Origin: an uncultured Planctomycetaceae bacterium
GTDB taxonomy: Bacteria > Planctomycetota > UBA1135 > GCA-002686595
NCBI GenBank assembly: GCA_964619265.1
Contig: CAZUCE010000017.1
Location: forward strand, 1 to 64,000
Reading direction: 5' to 3'
DNA: 64,000 nucleotides
A program made the translations under genes and the position numbers. Below are positions 37,686-49,056 of this stretch, in pieces (positions within the stretch are counted from its first letter, which is position 1; each line of letters begins with the position of its first letter). The notes under the pieces are model-generated. The model ran no database searches and was not told where the DNA came from. It was given only the letters and a program-made list of their open reading frames with translations.

Positions 37686-38654
37686 ATGGATCGCTATCTC
37701 ATCACCGGCGGCGCCGGCTTCATCGGATCGCACCTAGCCCACGGACTCGTGGCGCGCGGAGATTCGGTTCGTGTCTTGGACAGCCTGGCCACCGGTCGCC
37801 GGGAGAACATCGCGGACCTCGAGGTCGGGGCCGTGGGCAGTGGAGCTCCGGTGGAGTGGCTGCACGGCGATCTCCTCGATCGCGGGGCTTTGGAGCGAAG
37901 CTTGGCCGGGATTCGCGGAGTCTTCCATGAGGCCGCCCAGGTGTCGGTGCCGCGCAGCGTGGCCGAGCCCGAGTCCAGCCTGGAGCTCAACGCGATGGGA
38001 ACGGCTCGGCTGCTCGAGGGAATGCGGCGCGTAGGTGTGAAAGCGATCGTGGCCGCCGCTTCCTCGGCGGCCTACGGAAATTCGGTCGAGCTCCCCAAGC
38101 ACGAAGACCTGCCGGTTCAGCCCCTTTCGCCCTACGCGATCGGCAAGGTTGCTATGGAGCAGATGCTCAGCGTGTGGGGCGAGTTGCACGGGATGAACAC
38201 CGTCTCGCTGCGCTATTTCAACATCTTCGGGTCGCGCCAACGGGACGACAGTCCCTACACCGGCGTGATCGCGATCTTTGCGCGGCGCCTACTGGACGGC
38301 TTGCCGGTCACCATTCATGGGGACGGCGGGCAGACCCGTGACTTCACGTATGTCGACAATGCTGTTTCGGCGAACCTCTTGGCGATGGATGCTGCCTTGG
38401 CCGGGAGAGTGGCTCCTGGACGAGTGTTGAACGTCGGGGCCGGCGAACGGACCTCGGTGCTCGACCTGTACAACGCGCTCGCCGAGCTGGCCGGTACCAA
38501 AGCGCGACCGGAGTTTTCCGAGTCGCGAGCCGGCGATGTCCGTGACAGCTTCGCTTCCCTGGACCGCATTCGCGCTGAACTCGGCTACGAACCGGTGGTG
38601 GGGTTCCGCGAGGGGCTCGAGCGCACGCTCGAGTGGTATCGCAACTCCGCCTGA
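37686..38654 (+). CDS. NAD-dependent UDP-sugar 4-epimerase (SDR, extended family)
   Basis: ITGGAGFIGSHL Rossmann motif and YxxxK (YAIGK). 322 aa. Confidence 0.9.
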   Translation: MDRYLITGGAGFIGSHLAHGLVARGDSVRVLDSLATGRRENIADLEVGAVGSGAPVEWLHGDLLDRGALERSLAGIRGVFHEAAQVSVPRSVAEPESSLELNAMGTARLLEGMRRVGVKAIVAAASSAAYGNSVELPKHEDLPVQPLSPYAIGKVAMEQMLSVWGELHGMNTVSLRYFNIFGSRQRDDSPYTGVIAIFARRLLDGLPVTIHGDGGQTRDFTYVDNAVSANLLAMDAALAGRVAPGRVLNVGAGERTSVLDLYNALAELAGTKARPEFSESRAGDVRDSFASLDRIRAELGYEPVVGFREGLERTLEWYRNSA

Positions 38655-38774
38655 TCGGGGACTGCCAGCTTCCCGAAGCAGAACTTCCGCCGCCGGCTGC
38701 GCGCGGGAATCCTGCCCCTTGCTGCGCGTTGCAGCTCCTCCGGGTCCTTGGGACTTTACGTTCGCCCGGAAATC

Positions 38775-38813
38775 AGCGAGGCCCGCTCTCCGGTTTGGAG
38801 AGCGGGCCTCGCT
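38775..38813. terminator. bidirectional terminator hairpin, 17-bp perfect stem (AGCGAGGCCCGCTCTCC / GGAGAGCGGGCCTCGCT), loop GGTTT
   Basis: Seen directly between the convergent epimerase and zinc-ribbon genes. Confidence 0.6.
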
Positions 38814-38858
38814 CGTTGCTCTTCGAACCAACTCGAAGTGCTTGCGGTGGGCGAGCCG

Positions 38859-39062
38859 TCAGATGGCGGCGCGCTCGAGGGTCGCGTTCTGATCGAGAGC
38901 GCGAGGAGTCATTTCGGAGTACTGGCAGCGGGGCTCGGGGCAGGTTTGCCCGATCACCACGCGACGTCCTTCACGAATTTTGTGGACGTTGACCAGCGAG
39001 TGCCCGTGTTCAGGGCAGTTGTGGCGGTCCGGGCCGCCTTCGTCATTTTTAGGGTTCTTCAT
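38859..39062 (-). CDS. small zinc-ribbon protein (67 aa, CPEHG...CPEPRC)
   Basis: ATG revcomp 39060-39062, preceded by AGAGG at -7. Four Cys in a C-P-x-H-G / C-P-x-P-x-C arrangement. The ORF-track 189-aa version has a low-complexity N-terminus that is probably not coding. Confidence 0.45.
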   Translation of the reverse strand: MKNPKNDEGGPDRHNCPEHGHSLVNVHKIREGRRVVIGQTCPEPRCQYSEMTPRALDQNATLERAAI

Positions 39063-39768
39063 AGCTTGCCTCTTTGGCGTCTTCTTCTGGGTGTCGGCTT
39101 TGTCTTGCCGACTGTCGTGGGCCTCTGGGGGCCGAAATGGCGGGCCTGCTGAAGGCTTGGAAGGGCCGGACCGATGCGGGGGGGTCCACAGCGGTGATTC
39201 CGCAGTGGGGGTCCACATGGGGCCTGGGCAGCGCCGGTTGTTTTGGAAGGCGCACCCTTTCGGAGCTGGAGCAGGCTGGCTGGAGCGCGCTCGGATCGAG
39301 GGGACCCCTGATTTGGGTCTTGGCCTCGAGGGCCGGCTCGCCTGGCATCCTCCAAATCCCTCTTCGGTCGCGAATGCGTCCAAACTGGAGAGGAGGTCGG
39401 TGACCGTCCCGGGGTTGGTCCGGGCCACTCGGGCCGGATTCGCCGGTAGGTACGGATGCCACGCCGTGCCGAGACCCAGGGGGGCCTATTGGGAGCCGAG
39501 GTGGCGGGCTTTTCGCGCCCTGCCCCTCTGACCTCACCGGCAGCCCGGGTCTCATTCGTTCAGAGCGGGATAGAAACCTTTTCCGAACGCCCAGATTGTA
39601 CGTTCCAGTAGGTCTCGGGTTGTCGCCCGCACACCCTCGGAGTACCCTTTTCGGCCCTCTTTAGGGAACTTTCACCCTCTGGGCTCTCTTGGGCGCCGCG
39701 GGTATACCCCTATTCGGCAGAGCCCCCTCACGTCCTCTCCCCATCCGCCCCCTCGACGGGCACCGCCC

Positions 39769-41427
39769 ATGGACCTCGCCGCCACGCTCAAGGATCAGTT
39801 CGGTTTCACCTCGATTCGATTTGCTCACAACCTCTCCAAGGAGGAGTTGTTCCACGCAGCCATCGAGAACGATCGTGGACGCGTCCGCGAAGGCGGTCCC
39901 GACGACGAACAAAAGGCCTTCCCGACCAAGCTCGGGGCCAAGGGTCCACTCGTTTACTACTCAGACCCCAGCTGCACCGGCCGCCCGGTGCAGGACACCT
40001 TCGGTGTGGCTCGGGCCTCGGTGGATGACAAGGTCTGGTGGAAGAACGACTTCAAGAAGTTCGACCCCACGAAGTTCGACGCCCTGGTGGACCGAGTCGT
40101 GGCCCACCTGAACGAGCGCGGAGGCACCCTGTACGTCAAGGACGTCTACGCCGGCACCGATCCGAGTTACGCGCGGCCGTACCGACTCATTTCCGAGTTC
40201 GCGACGCACTCGCTGTTTTGCCACAACATGTTCCCGAAGGATGTGGCCGGCGTTCAGGACGAGGACTCCAAGCGTTGGACGATGATCAACGCGCCGTCGT
40301 TCACCTGTGACCCCGGGCGCGACGGCACCGCTTCGGCGCGCTGCGTGATCCTCGACTTCGAGCGGCGCATGGCGCTGGTCTGCGGCCGCGCCGACTACTG
40401 CGGCGTCGTCAAGAAGAGCATGTTCACCGTGATGAACTACATGCTCCCTGAGCTCGGCGAGATGTCGATGCACTGCTCGGCGAACGTGGGCTCGAGCGGC
40501 GACTGCGCAATCCTCTTTGGCCTCTCGGGCACGGGCAAGACGACGCTTTCCGCCGACGCGGCGCGCAAGCTGATCGGAGATGACGAGCACGCCTGGACCG
40601 CTTCCGGCGTTTCGAACCTCGAGGACGGTTGCTACGCCAAGCTGATCGACCTGGATAAGGAGGCCGAGCCGGTCATCGCGCAGGCGCTGTCTAAGCCCGG
40701 AACGATCATCGAGAATGTTCCCCCGCTCAAGGGGCGCAAGCTCGAGGACACCGATCCTCAAGAGCTCGACCTGACCGACGGTTCGGTCACCGAAAACACG
40801 CGGTTCTCCTACCCGCTCGATGCGAACCCGAACGTGATGGCTGGCGCGAAGGGCCCGCATCCGCAAACGATCGTGCTGCTGACCGCCGATGCGTTCGGCG
40901 TGTTGCCGCCGGTTTCGGTGCTCGAACCGAAGGACGTGATGTACCACTTCGTCCAGGGCTTCACAGCCAAGTTGGCCGGAACCGAAGTCGGCGTCACCGA
41001 GCCCAAGGCGGCCTTCTCCGCGTGTTTCGGCGCACCGTTCATGGCCCAGCAGCCCTCGGTGTACGCCGAGCGTTTGGCCGAGAAGATGAAGCAGAACAAG
41101 ACGCGCTGCATCCTGCTCAACACGGGTTGGTCGGGCGGCGGCTTCGGCGAGGGCAAGCGCATGTCCCTGAAGCACACGCGCGCGCTGCTCGATGCCGCCC
41201 TCGAAGGTCAGCTCGACGAGGGCAAGGTGGAATTTGACATCCACCCGACCTTGAACCTCAGGATGCCCAAGGCCTGCCCGGGCGTTCCGGCCGAGATCTT
41301 GAACCCCCGCAATACGTGGGAGGACAAGGCGGCCTACGACGCAGCGGCTGAAAAGCTGCGCGCCATGTTCCAGAAGAACTTCGAGGACAAGAACTTCGGC
41401 GCCCTGGGCATCGAGCCGGTCATGTGA
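39769..41427 (+). CDS. pckA: phosphoenolpyruvate carboxykinase (ATP)
   Basis: GLSGTGKTT kinase-1a motif and full-length PckA similarity features. 552 aa. Confidence 0.95.
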   Translation: MDLAATLKDQFGFTSIRFAHNLSKEELFHAAIENDRGRVREGGPDDEQKAFPTKLGAKGPLVYYSDPSCTGRPVQDTFGVARASVDDKVWWKNDFKKFDPTKFDALVDRVVAHLNERGGTLYVKDVYAGTDPSYARPYRLISEFATHSLFCHNMFPKDVAGVQDEDSKRWTMINAPSFTCDPGRDGTASARCVILDFERRMALVCGRADYCGVVKKSMFTVMNYMLPELGEMSMHCSANVGSSGDCAILFGLSGTGKTTLSADAARKLIGDDEHAWTASGVSNLEDGCYAKLIDLDKEAEPVIAQALSKPGTIIENVPPLKGRKLEDTDPQELDLTDGSVTENTRFSYPLDANPNVMAGAKGPHPQTIVLLTADAFGVLPPVSVLEPKDVMYHFVQGFTAKLAGTEVGVTEPKAAFSACFGAPFMAQQPSVYAERLAEKMKQNKTRCILLNTGWSGGGFGEGKRMSLKHTRALLDAALEGQLDEGKVEFDIHPTLNLRMPKACPGVPAEILNPRNTWEDKAAYDAAAEKLRAMFQKNFEDKNFGALGIEPVM

Positions 41428-41876
41428 CCGGAGCGAGCCTGCCGGCCGAGACTGTCCTTGGCCGGGGCAAGCTCCCCACACCGACCCGAGGATCCGAACA
41501 AACTATGTCCGACTGGAAAGAAGCTTGGATGCGCGGCCTGAAGCTGCACGGCGAAGCTGATCACAAGGGGGCCGCCGAGGCCCAGAAAGAAGCGCTCGCG
41601 CTCGATCCGGACAACGTCGAAGTCATGCACGCTCTGGCCGTGGCTTTGATGAACGCTGGAGAACTCGATGAGGCCGCCAAAGTCGGCAACCGCATCGTCG
41701 AGCTCGCACCTGACGATGCGTTCGCACACACGACCCTGTCGATGATCTATCAGCGCCAGGATCGAATCGACGACGCGGAGGCCGAAGGCGCCAAGGCTCG
41801 CATGAAGGCCTGGAAGGCGGAACTCAAGACCAATCCCGATGCGCCGCCGCCCCAGGGAATCAACGTGATCCAGTAG
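41424..41876 (+). CDS. small TPR-repeat protein
   Basis: GTG 41424 overlaps the pckA stop (GTGA); an alternative ATG lies at 41505. TPR-like helices (EAQKEALALDPDNVEVMHALAVALMNAGELDEA). Confidence 0.6.
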   Translation: MTGASLPAETVLGRGKLPTPTRGSEQTMSDWKEAWMRGLKLHGEADHKGAAEAQKEALALDPDNVEVMHALAVALMNAGELDEAAKVGNRIVELAPDDAFAHTTLSMIYQRQDRIDDAEAEGAKARMKAWKAELKTNPDAPPPQGINVIQ

Positions 41877-41937
41877 ACGCTGCATGGGCGGCGATGTGGT
41901 CGGCTGAGGAACGGCTGCCACAACACGGCTGGCTATA

Positions 41938-41975
41938 AACAAGGGCGGCTCAGCTTTGACTGAGTCGCCCTTGTT
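41938..41975. terminator. bidirectional terminator hairpin (about 16-bp stem AACAAGGGCGGCTCAG / CTGAGTCGCCCTTGTT)
   Basis: Seen directly between the convergent TPR and sufT-like genes. Confidence 0.55.
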
Positions 41976-42024
41976 CGTGCTCGGGGGGAGCGGGCTCGGC
42001 GGGTGTGCCCGCCGAGGCAGATTG

Positions 42025-42351
42025 CTACTCGTCGTCTTCGTCTTCGTCGTCTTCGATTCCGAGAATCTTGCGACCATCCTCGGTGATGCGCTGGGGCGAC
42101 CACGCAGGCTCCCACACGATTTCGACGTCGGTGTTCTCGATGCCTTGAACGGAGTTCGAGCGGCGCTTCACCATGTCGGGGATGGTGCGGGCCTCGGGGC
42201 ACGACTGGGAGGTCAGGGTCATCGTCACCTTGGCGGTGGTTTCCTCAACCTCCACGTCAATGATGAGGCCTAGGTCGACGATGTTGACCGGGATCTCCGG
42301 GTCGAACACCTGCTTGAGTTGAAGAATGACTTCTTCCTTGAGATCGGGCAT
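42025..42351 (-). CDS. sufT: Fe-S cluster assembly protein SufT / DUF59 (MIP18 family)
   Basis: VFDPEIPVNIVDLGLI ... LTSQSCP signature. Acidic C-terminal tail. Confidence 0.85.
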   Translation of the reverse strand: MPDLKEEVILQLKQVFDPEIPVNIVDLGLIIDVEVEETTAKVTMTLTSQSCPEARTIPDMVKRRSNSVQGIENTDVEIVWEPAWSPQRITEDGRKILGIEDDEDEDDE

Positions 42352-42471
42352 GGCGGGGAGTCTCGGGGGTGAATGGGCAGAGCAGCCTAGTGACTCTGGA
42401 ACGGATCGGCTACGGGTGGCCCCGGTCCAAGGGCCTAGCGGCCGAATTCGTGTTGCCGGCCGCCCAGGCCT

Positions 42472-43551
42472 TCACAGGCCCTGGGCGAAGTCGACCACCC
42501 GGGACTCAGCCCAGTGGCAACCGGGGTCGGGGCCGAAGGGACCCTCGGCGGGACGGGCGCCTTGAAAGGCCACGTGGCCGCCGTGGCGGACCAGGTGCAG
42601 GTCGAGGCAAGCAGGCGCTGAGGAGGCCAGTGCGAGGGGCGCCGCGGGGGGGATCAGGGGGTCGTCGAGGGCGTGAAGGACCCGAGTGGGCAAGTCCAGG
42701 CCGTGCATCCGGTCCGCGACGCTGCCCGCCCGGTAGTAGGCATCCAGGGACGGAAAGCCGCCCAGGGGCGCGGTGACGAGGGCGTCGAATTCGCGGAGCG
42801 TTCGGGTCCGATCCAAGGCCCGCTCATCGACCTGGGGACCGTGGTGGCGAGCTCGCTCGCGCATGATGCCCTTGAGAGTACGGGTGAACCTGCGGCCGGC
42901 GAGCCTCCCGAGCCAAGTGGTTTCCAGATGGCCTGAGCAGGCGGCCAGGTTGAGGGGAGGCGAAACGGCACAAATCGAACGCAGGCCGGCCGGGCGTTCG
43001 GCTGGCGGGCGCAGGGCGAGCAGGAGCGAAAGGGAGCCGCCGAGCGAGAATCCGGCCAGGTGAAAAGCCCGGCCGGGGCGTTCGGCACCGAGCTGGGTGA
43101 TCACCTCGCCGGCGTCCTGCCACAGAGCGCCGTGATGGGTGGTTTGGGAGAGCGCTTCGGTCCCGCCGCAGTTGCGGGCGTTGAGGCGCAAGACGGCGAA
43201 TCCTCGGCCGTGGGCGACCTGCGCCGTGCCGACCATGTAGTTCGAGGCGATCGACCCGCCAAGCCCGTGTTGAAGGACCAGCGTGGGGGCGTCCCGATCC
43301 GGTTGCGGGTGCCAAGCGCCGGCGACGAAGGTCCCGGGCGCGACCTCAAAGCGGCGAGTTTCCGCGGTGGTCTCGAACTCCTTTAGGCTCCGGGCCCGGA
43401 GCGAAGCCAGCGTCATCCAGCGGCCGTCTCGCAGCCACCAGGGGGGCTCGAACGGCGGCAGGGGAATGCGTTCGCCTGCTAGGCAAATGGGGAGCGAGGT
43501 GGTGGGCACGGGTGACAAGTTAGACTCCGATCCGCCGTGATTCGCTACCAA
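42472..43551 (-). CDS. alpha/beta hydrolase, YheT-like
   Basis: PPWWLRDGRWMT N-terminal motif, GFSLGG nucleophile elbow, and a C-terminal HGGH. The start is uncertain: TTG 43551 or GTG 43509. Confidence 0.7.
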   Translation of the reverse strand: MVANHGGSESNLSPVPTTSLPICLAGERIPLPPFEPPWWLRDGRWMTLASLRARSLKEFETTAETRRFEVAPGTFVAGAWHPQPDRDAPTLVLQHGLGGSIASNYMVGTAQVAHGRGFAVLRLNARNCGGTEALSQTTHHGALWQDAGEVITQLGAERPGRAFHLAGFSLGGSLSLLLALRPPAERPAGLRSICAVSPPLNLAACSGHLETTWLGRLAGRRFTRTLKGIMRERARHHGPQVDERALDRTRTLREFDALVTAPLGGFPSLDAYYRAGSVADRMHGLDLPTRVLHALDDPLIPPAAPLALASSAPACLDLHLVRHGGHVAFQGARPAEGPFGPDPGCHWAESRVVDFAQGL

Positions 43552-44421
43552 GAACCTTTGTTCCGCCCGCCTTCGGAGGCCGACAGCCTGATTCTTCAGG
43601 CTACGTTGGGGTGCTCCTACAACGAGTGCGCTTTCTGTGGGATGTATCGGACCAAGCGCTTCCGCGTGCGGCCGATCGACGAGCTGCGAGAGGAAATTCG
43701 CTGGGCCGCCAATAACATCGGGGAGCTCGGGGTTCGGAAGGTGTTTTTGGCCGATGGCGATGCGCTGGTGGCGAAACCGGCGTTCCTGCTTGAGGTGCTC
43801 GCTGAACTGAAGGAGCGCTTCCCGTCCCTGCGCCGGGTCAGTTGCTACGCCTCACCCCAGGCGCTTGCGATTCGCAGCGTCTCGGATATGGCGCGGCTCC
43901 GCGAGGCCGGGCTGGTGCAGTACTACTTGGGGATCGAATCGGGACACGACGCGGTGCTCGAACGATTGACCAAGGGCGTGGACGCAGACGAAATGGTGCG
44001 GGTGGCGAACAAGGCCACCGAGGCTGGCGTCAAGCTCTCGACGATGATTCTGCTGGGGGCGGGTGGGCGTGCTCTCAGCGAGTCGCACGCCCGGGCTTCC
44101 GCCGAAGTCGTCAATCGGATTCAGCCGCGGTTCGTTTCTACGCTGGTGGTCACGCCGGTCGAGAACACGCCGCTTTGGGATCAAGATCAGCGCGGCGAAT
44201 TCGAACACCTCGAGCCGGTCGAGCTAGCCGCCGAGCTTCGGACCTTCGTCGCCGGGCTCGAGCTGACCGCGTCGATTTTCAGATCCAATCACGCTAGCAA
44301 CACGCTGACCCTGGCGGGGACTCTCCCGAAGGACAAGCCGACCTTGGTGGCCGCCCTGGATCGGGTGCTGGCCGATCCAGCCCACGCTCCGTTCGTCCCG
44401 AACTGGATGCGCGCCCTCTAG
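43537..44421 (+). CDS. radical SAM protein with CX4CX2C cluster motif
   Basis: GTG start. LFRPPSEADSLILQATLGCSYNECAFCGMY. The TIM-barrel radical SAM core continues to the C-terminus. Confidence 0.75.
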   Translation: MIRYQEPLFRPPSEADSLILQATLGCSYNECAFCGMYRTKRFRVRPIDELREEIRWAANNIGELGVRKVFLADGDALVAKPAFLLEVLAELKERFPSLRRVSCYASPQALAIRSVSDMARLREAGLVQYYLGIESGHDAVLERLTKGVDADEMVRVANKATEAGVKLSTMILLGAGGRALSESHARASAEVVNRIQPRFVSTLVVTPVENTPLWDQDQRGEFEHLEPVELAAELRTFVAGLELTASIFRSNHASNTLTLAGTLPKDKPTLVAALDRVLADPAHAPFVPNWMRAL

Positions 44422-44472
44422 GATTCGGGCAGGATCCTTTCATCAGCCGCTCCGGAGCCGCAACGTACGGGG

Positions 44473-45349
44473 ATGGCAAATCCGTCCCCCCAGGCAGTCC
44501 GGAGCCCCTACCTGGTCCCGTTCGACGGGTCGTTTCGCATAGCGAACGCTCCGACCGCGAAGCCCAAGGATGCACCCGGCAAGCAAGAACGGGCCGAGAA
44601 GCTCGCCGAGCACGTCGAGGCGATCGCGGCGAGTCAAGAGGCACTCTACGCCGAGGACAAGCACTCGATCCTGCTCGTTTTCCAGGCCATGGACGCGGCT
44701 GGCAAAGACGGAACGATTCGCGCGGTGGCTTCGGGCTTGAACCCCGCTGGGTGTCAGGTCGTTTCGTTCAAGCAGCCTTCCAAAGAGTCCCTCGACCACG
44801 ACTTTCTGTGGCGAGTGGCGAAGCGCACTCCCGAGCGCGGTCGCATCGGAATTTTCAACCGCAGTCACTACGAAGAGGTGCTGGTGGTGCGCGTGCATCC
44901 GGAGTACCTGACCGGCCAGCGGCTGCCTGCCAAGGAGATCAACAAGAAGTTCTGGAAGGGGCGCTACGAGTCCTTACGGGAGTTCGAACAGCACCTCGCA
45001 CGCAACGGGACTGTCGTACTGAAGTTCTTCCTGAACGTTTCTCGCGAGGAACAGCGTGAACGATTCCTCGCGCGGATCGACACCGACGAGAAGAACTGGA
45101 AGTTCAATGCAGGTGACGTTCGCGAGCGCAAGCTGTGGGATCGCTATATGGAGGCCTACGAGGAGGCGCTGAACGAGACGTCGCGCCCCCATGCACCGTG
45201 GTATGCGATTCCCGCAGATTCCAAGTCGTTCATGCGCATGACCGTCGCCGACATCGTGCGGCGAACGATCGAGAACTTAGACCTTGAATTTCCGGTCCTG
45301 AGCAAAGAAGAACGGCGAGAAATGCACGCGCTGCGCGAGGAGCTCGAAC

Positions 45350-45360
<11 letters not shown>
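44473..45360 (+). CDS. ppk2: polyphosphate kinase 2 (PPK2 family, single-domain)
   Basis: Walker A FQAMDAAGKDGTIR. Lid and Walker B regions typical of PPK2. 295 aa. Confidence 0.9.
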
Positions 45361-46899
<1,539 letters not shown>

Positions 46900-46903
<4 letters not shown>

Positions 46904-47601
46904 AAGCGGGTCAAGCCCAAGTCGTCAACGAAACCAGCGAGTTCGAAAGAGCCGCCGTCGATTTCGCCGAAAAAGCCCTGAGCGAAGCTCTCGCCGAACG
47001 AGGCACGGCTTCGGTCGCCCTCGCCGGGGGGGGCACGCCACGTGGCATGCATCGCCTGTGGGCCACGAGTTCGAAGCTCGCCTGGGGCGAGATCGATCTG
47101 TTCTTTGGGGATGAACGCTGCGTTCCGCCCGACGACGAACAGTCGAACTACCGCGCTGTGCTCGAAGACTTCCTCTCGGCGTTGCCGCTGCCAGGTCCAC
47201 GGGTTCACCGGATTCGGGGCGAGGAGACCGATCATCAGCGCGCCGCGAGGCGTTATGCGGCCGAACTCCCCGATCGTCTGGACCTACTGATTCTGGGCGT
47301 TGGGCCCGATGGGCATACCGCTTCGATCTTCCCGGGCGATGCGGCGGTCCTAGCCCAAACCCAGGCCCGGGCGTTTGCGGTCGAAGCCCCGAAGCCGCCG
47401 GCCGAGCGAATCACGATCACGCCTCCGGTGTTGGTCGGCGCTCGCAAGATTCTCGTGCTCGCCCGCGGCGAAGACAAAGCTCAGGCGATCTTCGAGGCGC
47501 GCCATGGTCTTTGGGATCCGTTGGTCACTCCCGCGCAACTCGCCCGGCGCGGTACCTTCCTCCTCGACGCGGCTGCGGCCCGTCTTGAGCCTTCCGCCTG
47601 A
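46900..47601 (+). CDS. pgl: 6-phosphogluconolactonase
   Basis: LAGGGTP and GVGPDGHTASIFPG motifs. GTG 46900 overlaps the zwf stop (GTGA); the ORF-track TTG at 46882 is the alternative. Confidence 0.85.
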
Positions 47602-47612
47602 CTCCCTCTCTC

Positions 47613-49025
47613 ATGCCCGATTCGCCCGCGCGCTCGTTCGCTGTTCTCGGTCTTGGAACGATGGGGAGCAACTTGGCCCTCAATGTTCTCGATCACGGCT
47701 TCCCAATCGGTGCTTACAACCGCAGCGCCGATGGCCGCGAGGCCTTCTCGGCTCAGTTGGAAGGCCGGGATGCTGTCGTGACCGGAGATCTTCGCGAGTT
47801 GGTTGAGGCCCTGGAGCGCCCACGCCAGCTGCTGTTGATGGTGCCTGCTGGCAAGATCGTCGACGCGGTCATCGGGGAGGTTGCCCCCTTGCTCGAGCCT
47901 GGCGACATCGTGATCGACGGGGGCAACTCCTGGTACGAAGACACCGAGCGCCGGGACGCCGATCTCACGAAGCGAGGGCTTCGCTTCTTGGGCGTCGGAA
48001 TCTCGGGCGGTGAGGAAGGCGCTCGTTTCGGTCCCAGCCTGATGCCCGGTGGCGATGCTGAGGCCTACCGCGCACTGGCGCCGCTGCTGGAAGCGATTTC
48101 AGCCAAGACCGAGTCCGGACCGTGCGTGACTCACGTGGGTCCCGGGGGATCGGGGCATTTTGTCAAGATGGTGCACAACGGCATCGAATACGCCGACATG
48201 CAATTGATCGCAGAGGCCTACGACCTGCTGCGCCGGGGACTCGATCAGGAGGTCGGCGCGGCGGCAGACGTGTTCGAGCGCTGGAACGAAGGGGCCTTGC
48301 GCTCCTTCCTGATCGAAATCACGGTTCCGATTCTCCGCAGGCTCGATTCCGACGGAACGCCGCTGGTGGAACGCGTCCTCGATCGCGCCGGTCAAAAGGG
48401 AACCGGACGCTGGACGGCTTCGATTGCTCTCGAATTGGGTGTCGCGGTTCCCTCGATCGCGGCTGCTGTCGACGCCCGCGTGCTGTCCTCCCAAAAGGAA
48501 GCGCGGGTTCAGGCCGAGGCCCTGCTGGGTCCGCTCGACACAACCCAGAACTTCGAGCTCTCTTTGAAGGACCTTGAGTCGGCTCTTCTGCTCGCCAAGT
48601 CCTGCGCTTACGCCCAGGGGTTCGAGCTAATCCGCGCCGGATCCGACAAGTTCACATGGAACGTCGACCTGGCCGAGACCGCTCGCATTTGGAAAGGCGG
48701 CTGTATCATCCGCGCCAGGTTATTGGATGACATCCGCGCTGCCTTCGGTTCCAAGCCGGAGCATCCGAACCTCTTGCTGACTTCGGCGTTCCGCGACTTG
48801 GTGCGCGAGCATCACACGGGGCTGCGGCGGACCGTGGCGTTCGCGGCGGAGCGGGGCCTTCCCGCTCCGGCGTTTGCCACAAGCCTGGCCTACCTGGACG
48901 CCCTGAGAACCGGCCGGCTGCCCCAGAGCCTGACGCAGGCCCAGCGGGATGCGTTTGGCGCTCACACCTACGTGCGAGTTGACGATGCGGAAGGCCAGGC
49001 GGTTCACACCGACTGGCTCAGCTGA
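47613..49025 (+). CDS. gnd: 6-phosphogluconate dehydrogenase (decarboxylating)
   Basis: GLGTMGSNLALN Rossmann motif and GSGHFVKMVHNGIEY. 470 aa. Confidence 0.95.
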   Translation: MPDSPARSFAVLGLGTMGSNLALNVLDHGFPIGAYNRSADGREAFSAQLEGRDAVVTGDLRELVEALERPRQLLLMVPAGKIVDAVIGEVAPLLEPGDIVIDGGNSWYEDTERRDADLTKRGLRFLGVGISGGEEGARFGPSLMPGGDAEAYRALAPLLEAISAKTESGPCVTHVGPGGSGHFVKMVHNGIEYADMQLIAEAYDLLRRGLDQEVGAAADVFERWNEGALRSFLIEITVPILRRLDSDGTPLVERVLDRAGQKGTGRWTASIALELGVAVPSIAAAVDARVLSSQKEARVQAEALLGPLDTTQNFELSLKDLESALLLAKSCAYAQGFELIRAGSDKFTWNVDLAETARIWKGGCIIRARLLDDIRAAFGSKPEHPNLLLTSAFRDLVREHHTGLRRTVAFAAERGLPAPAFATSLAYLDALRTGRLPQSLTQAQRDAFGAHTYVRVDDAEGQAVHTDWLS

Positions 49026-49056
49026 CTTTCGCGCCGCGGCTCGCCCAGGGGGCCCG

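Noticed and set aside
38980-39531. 183-aa plus-strand ORF in the pckA upstream region
   Set aside because: It overlaps the zinc-ribbon gene start antisense. The composition is low-complexity (G/R/P/W-rich) and it has no SD.
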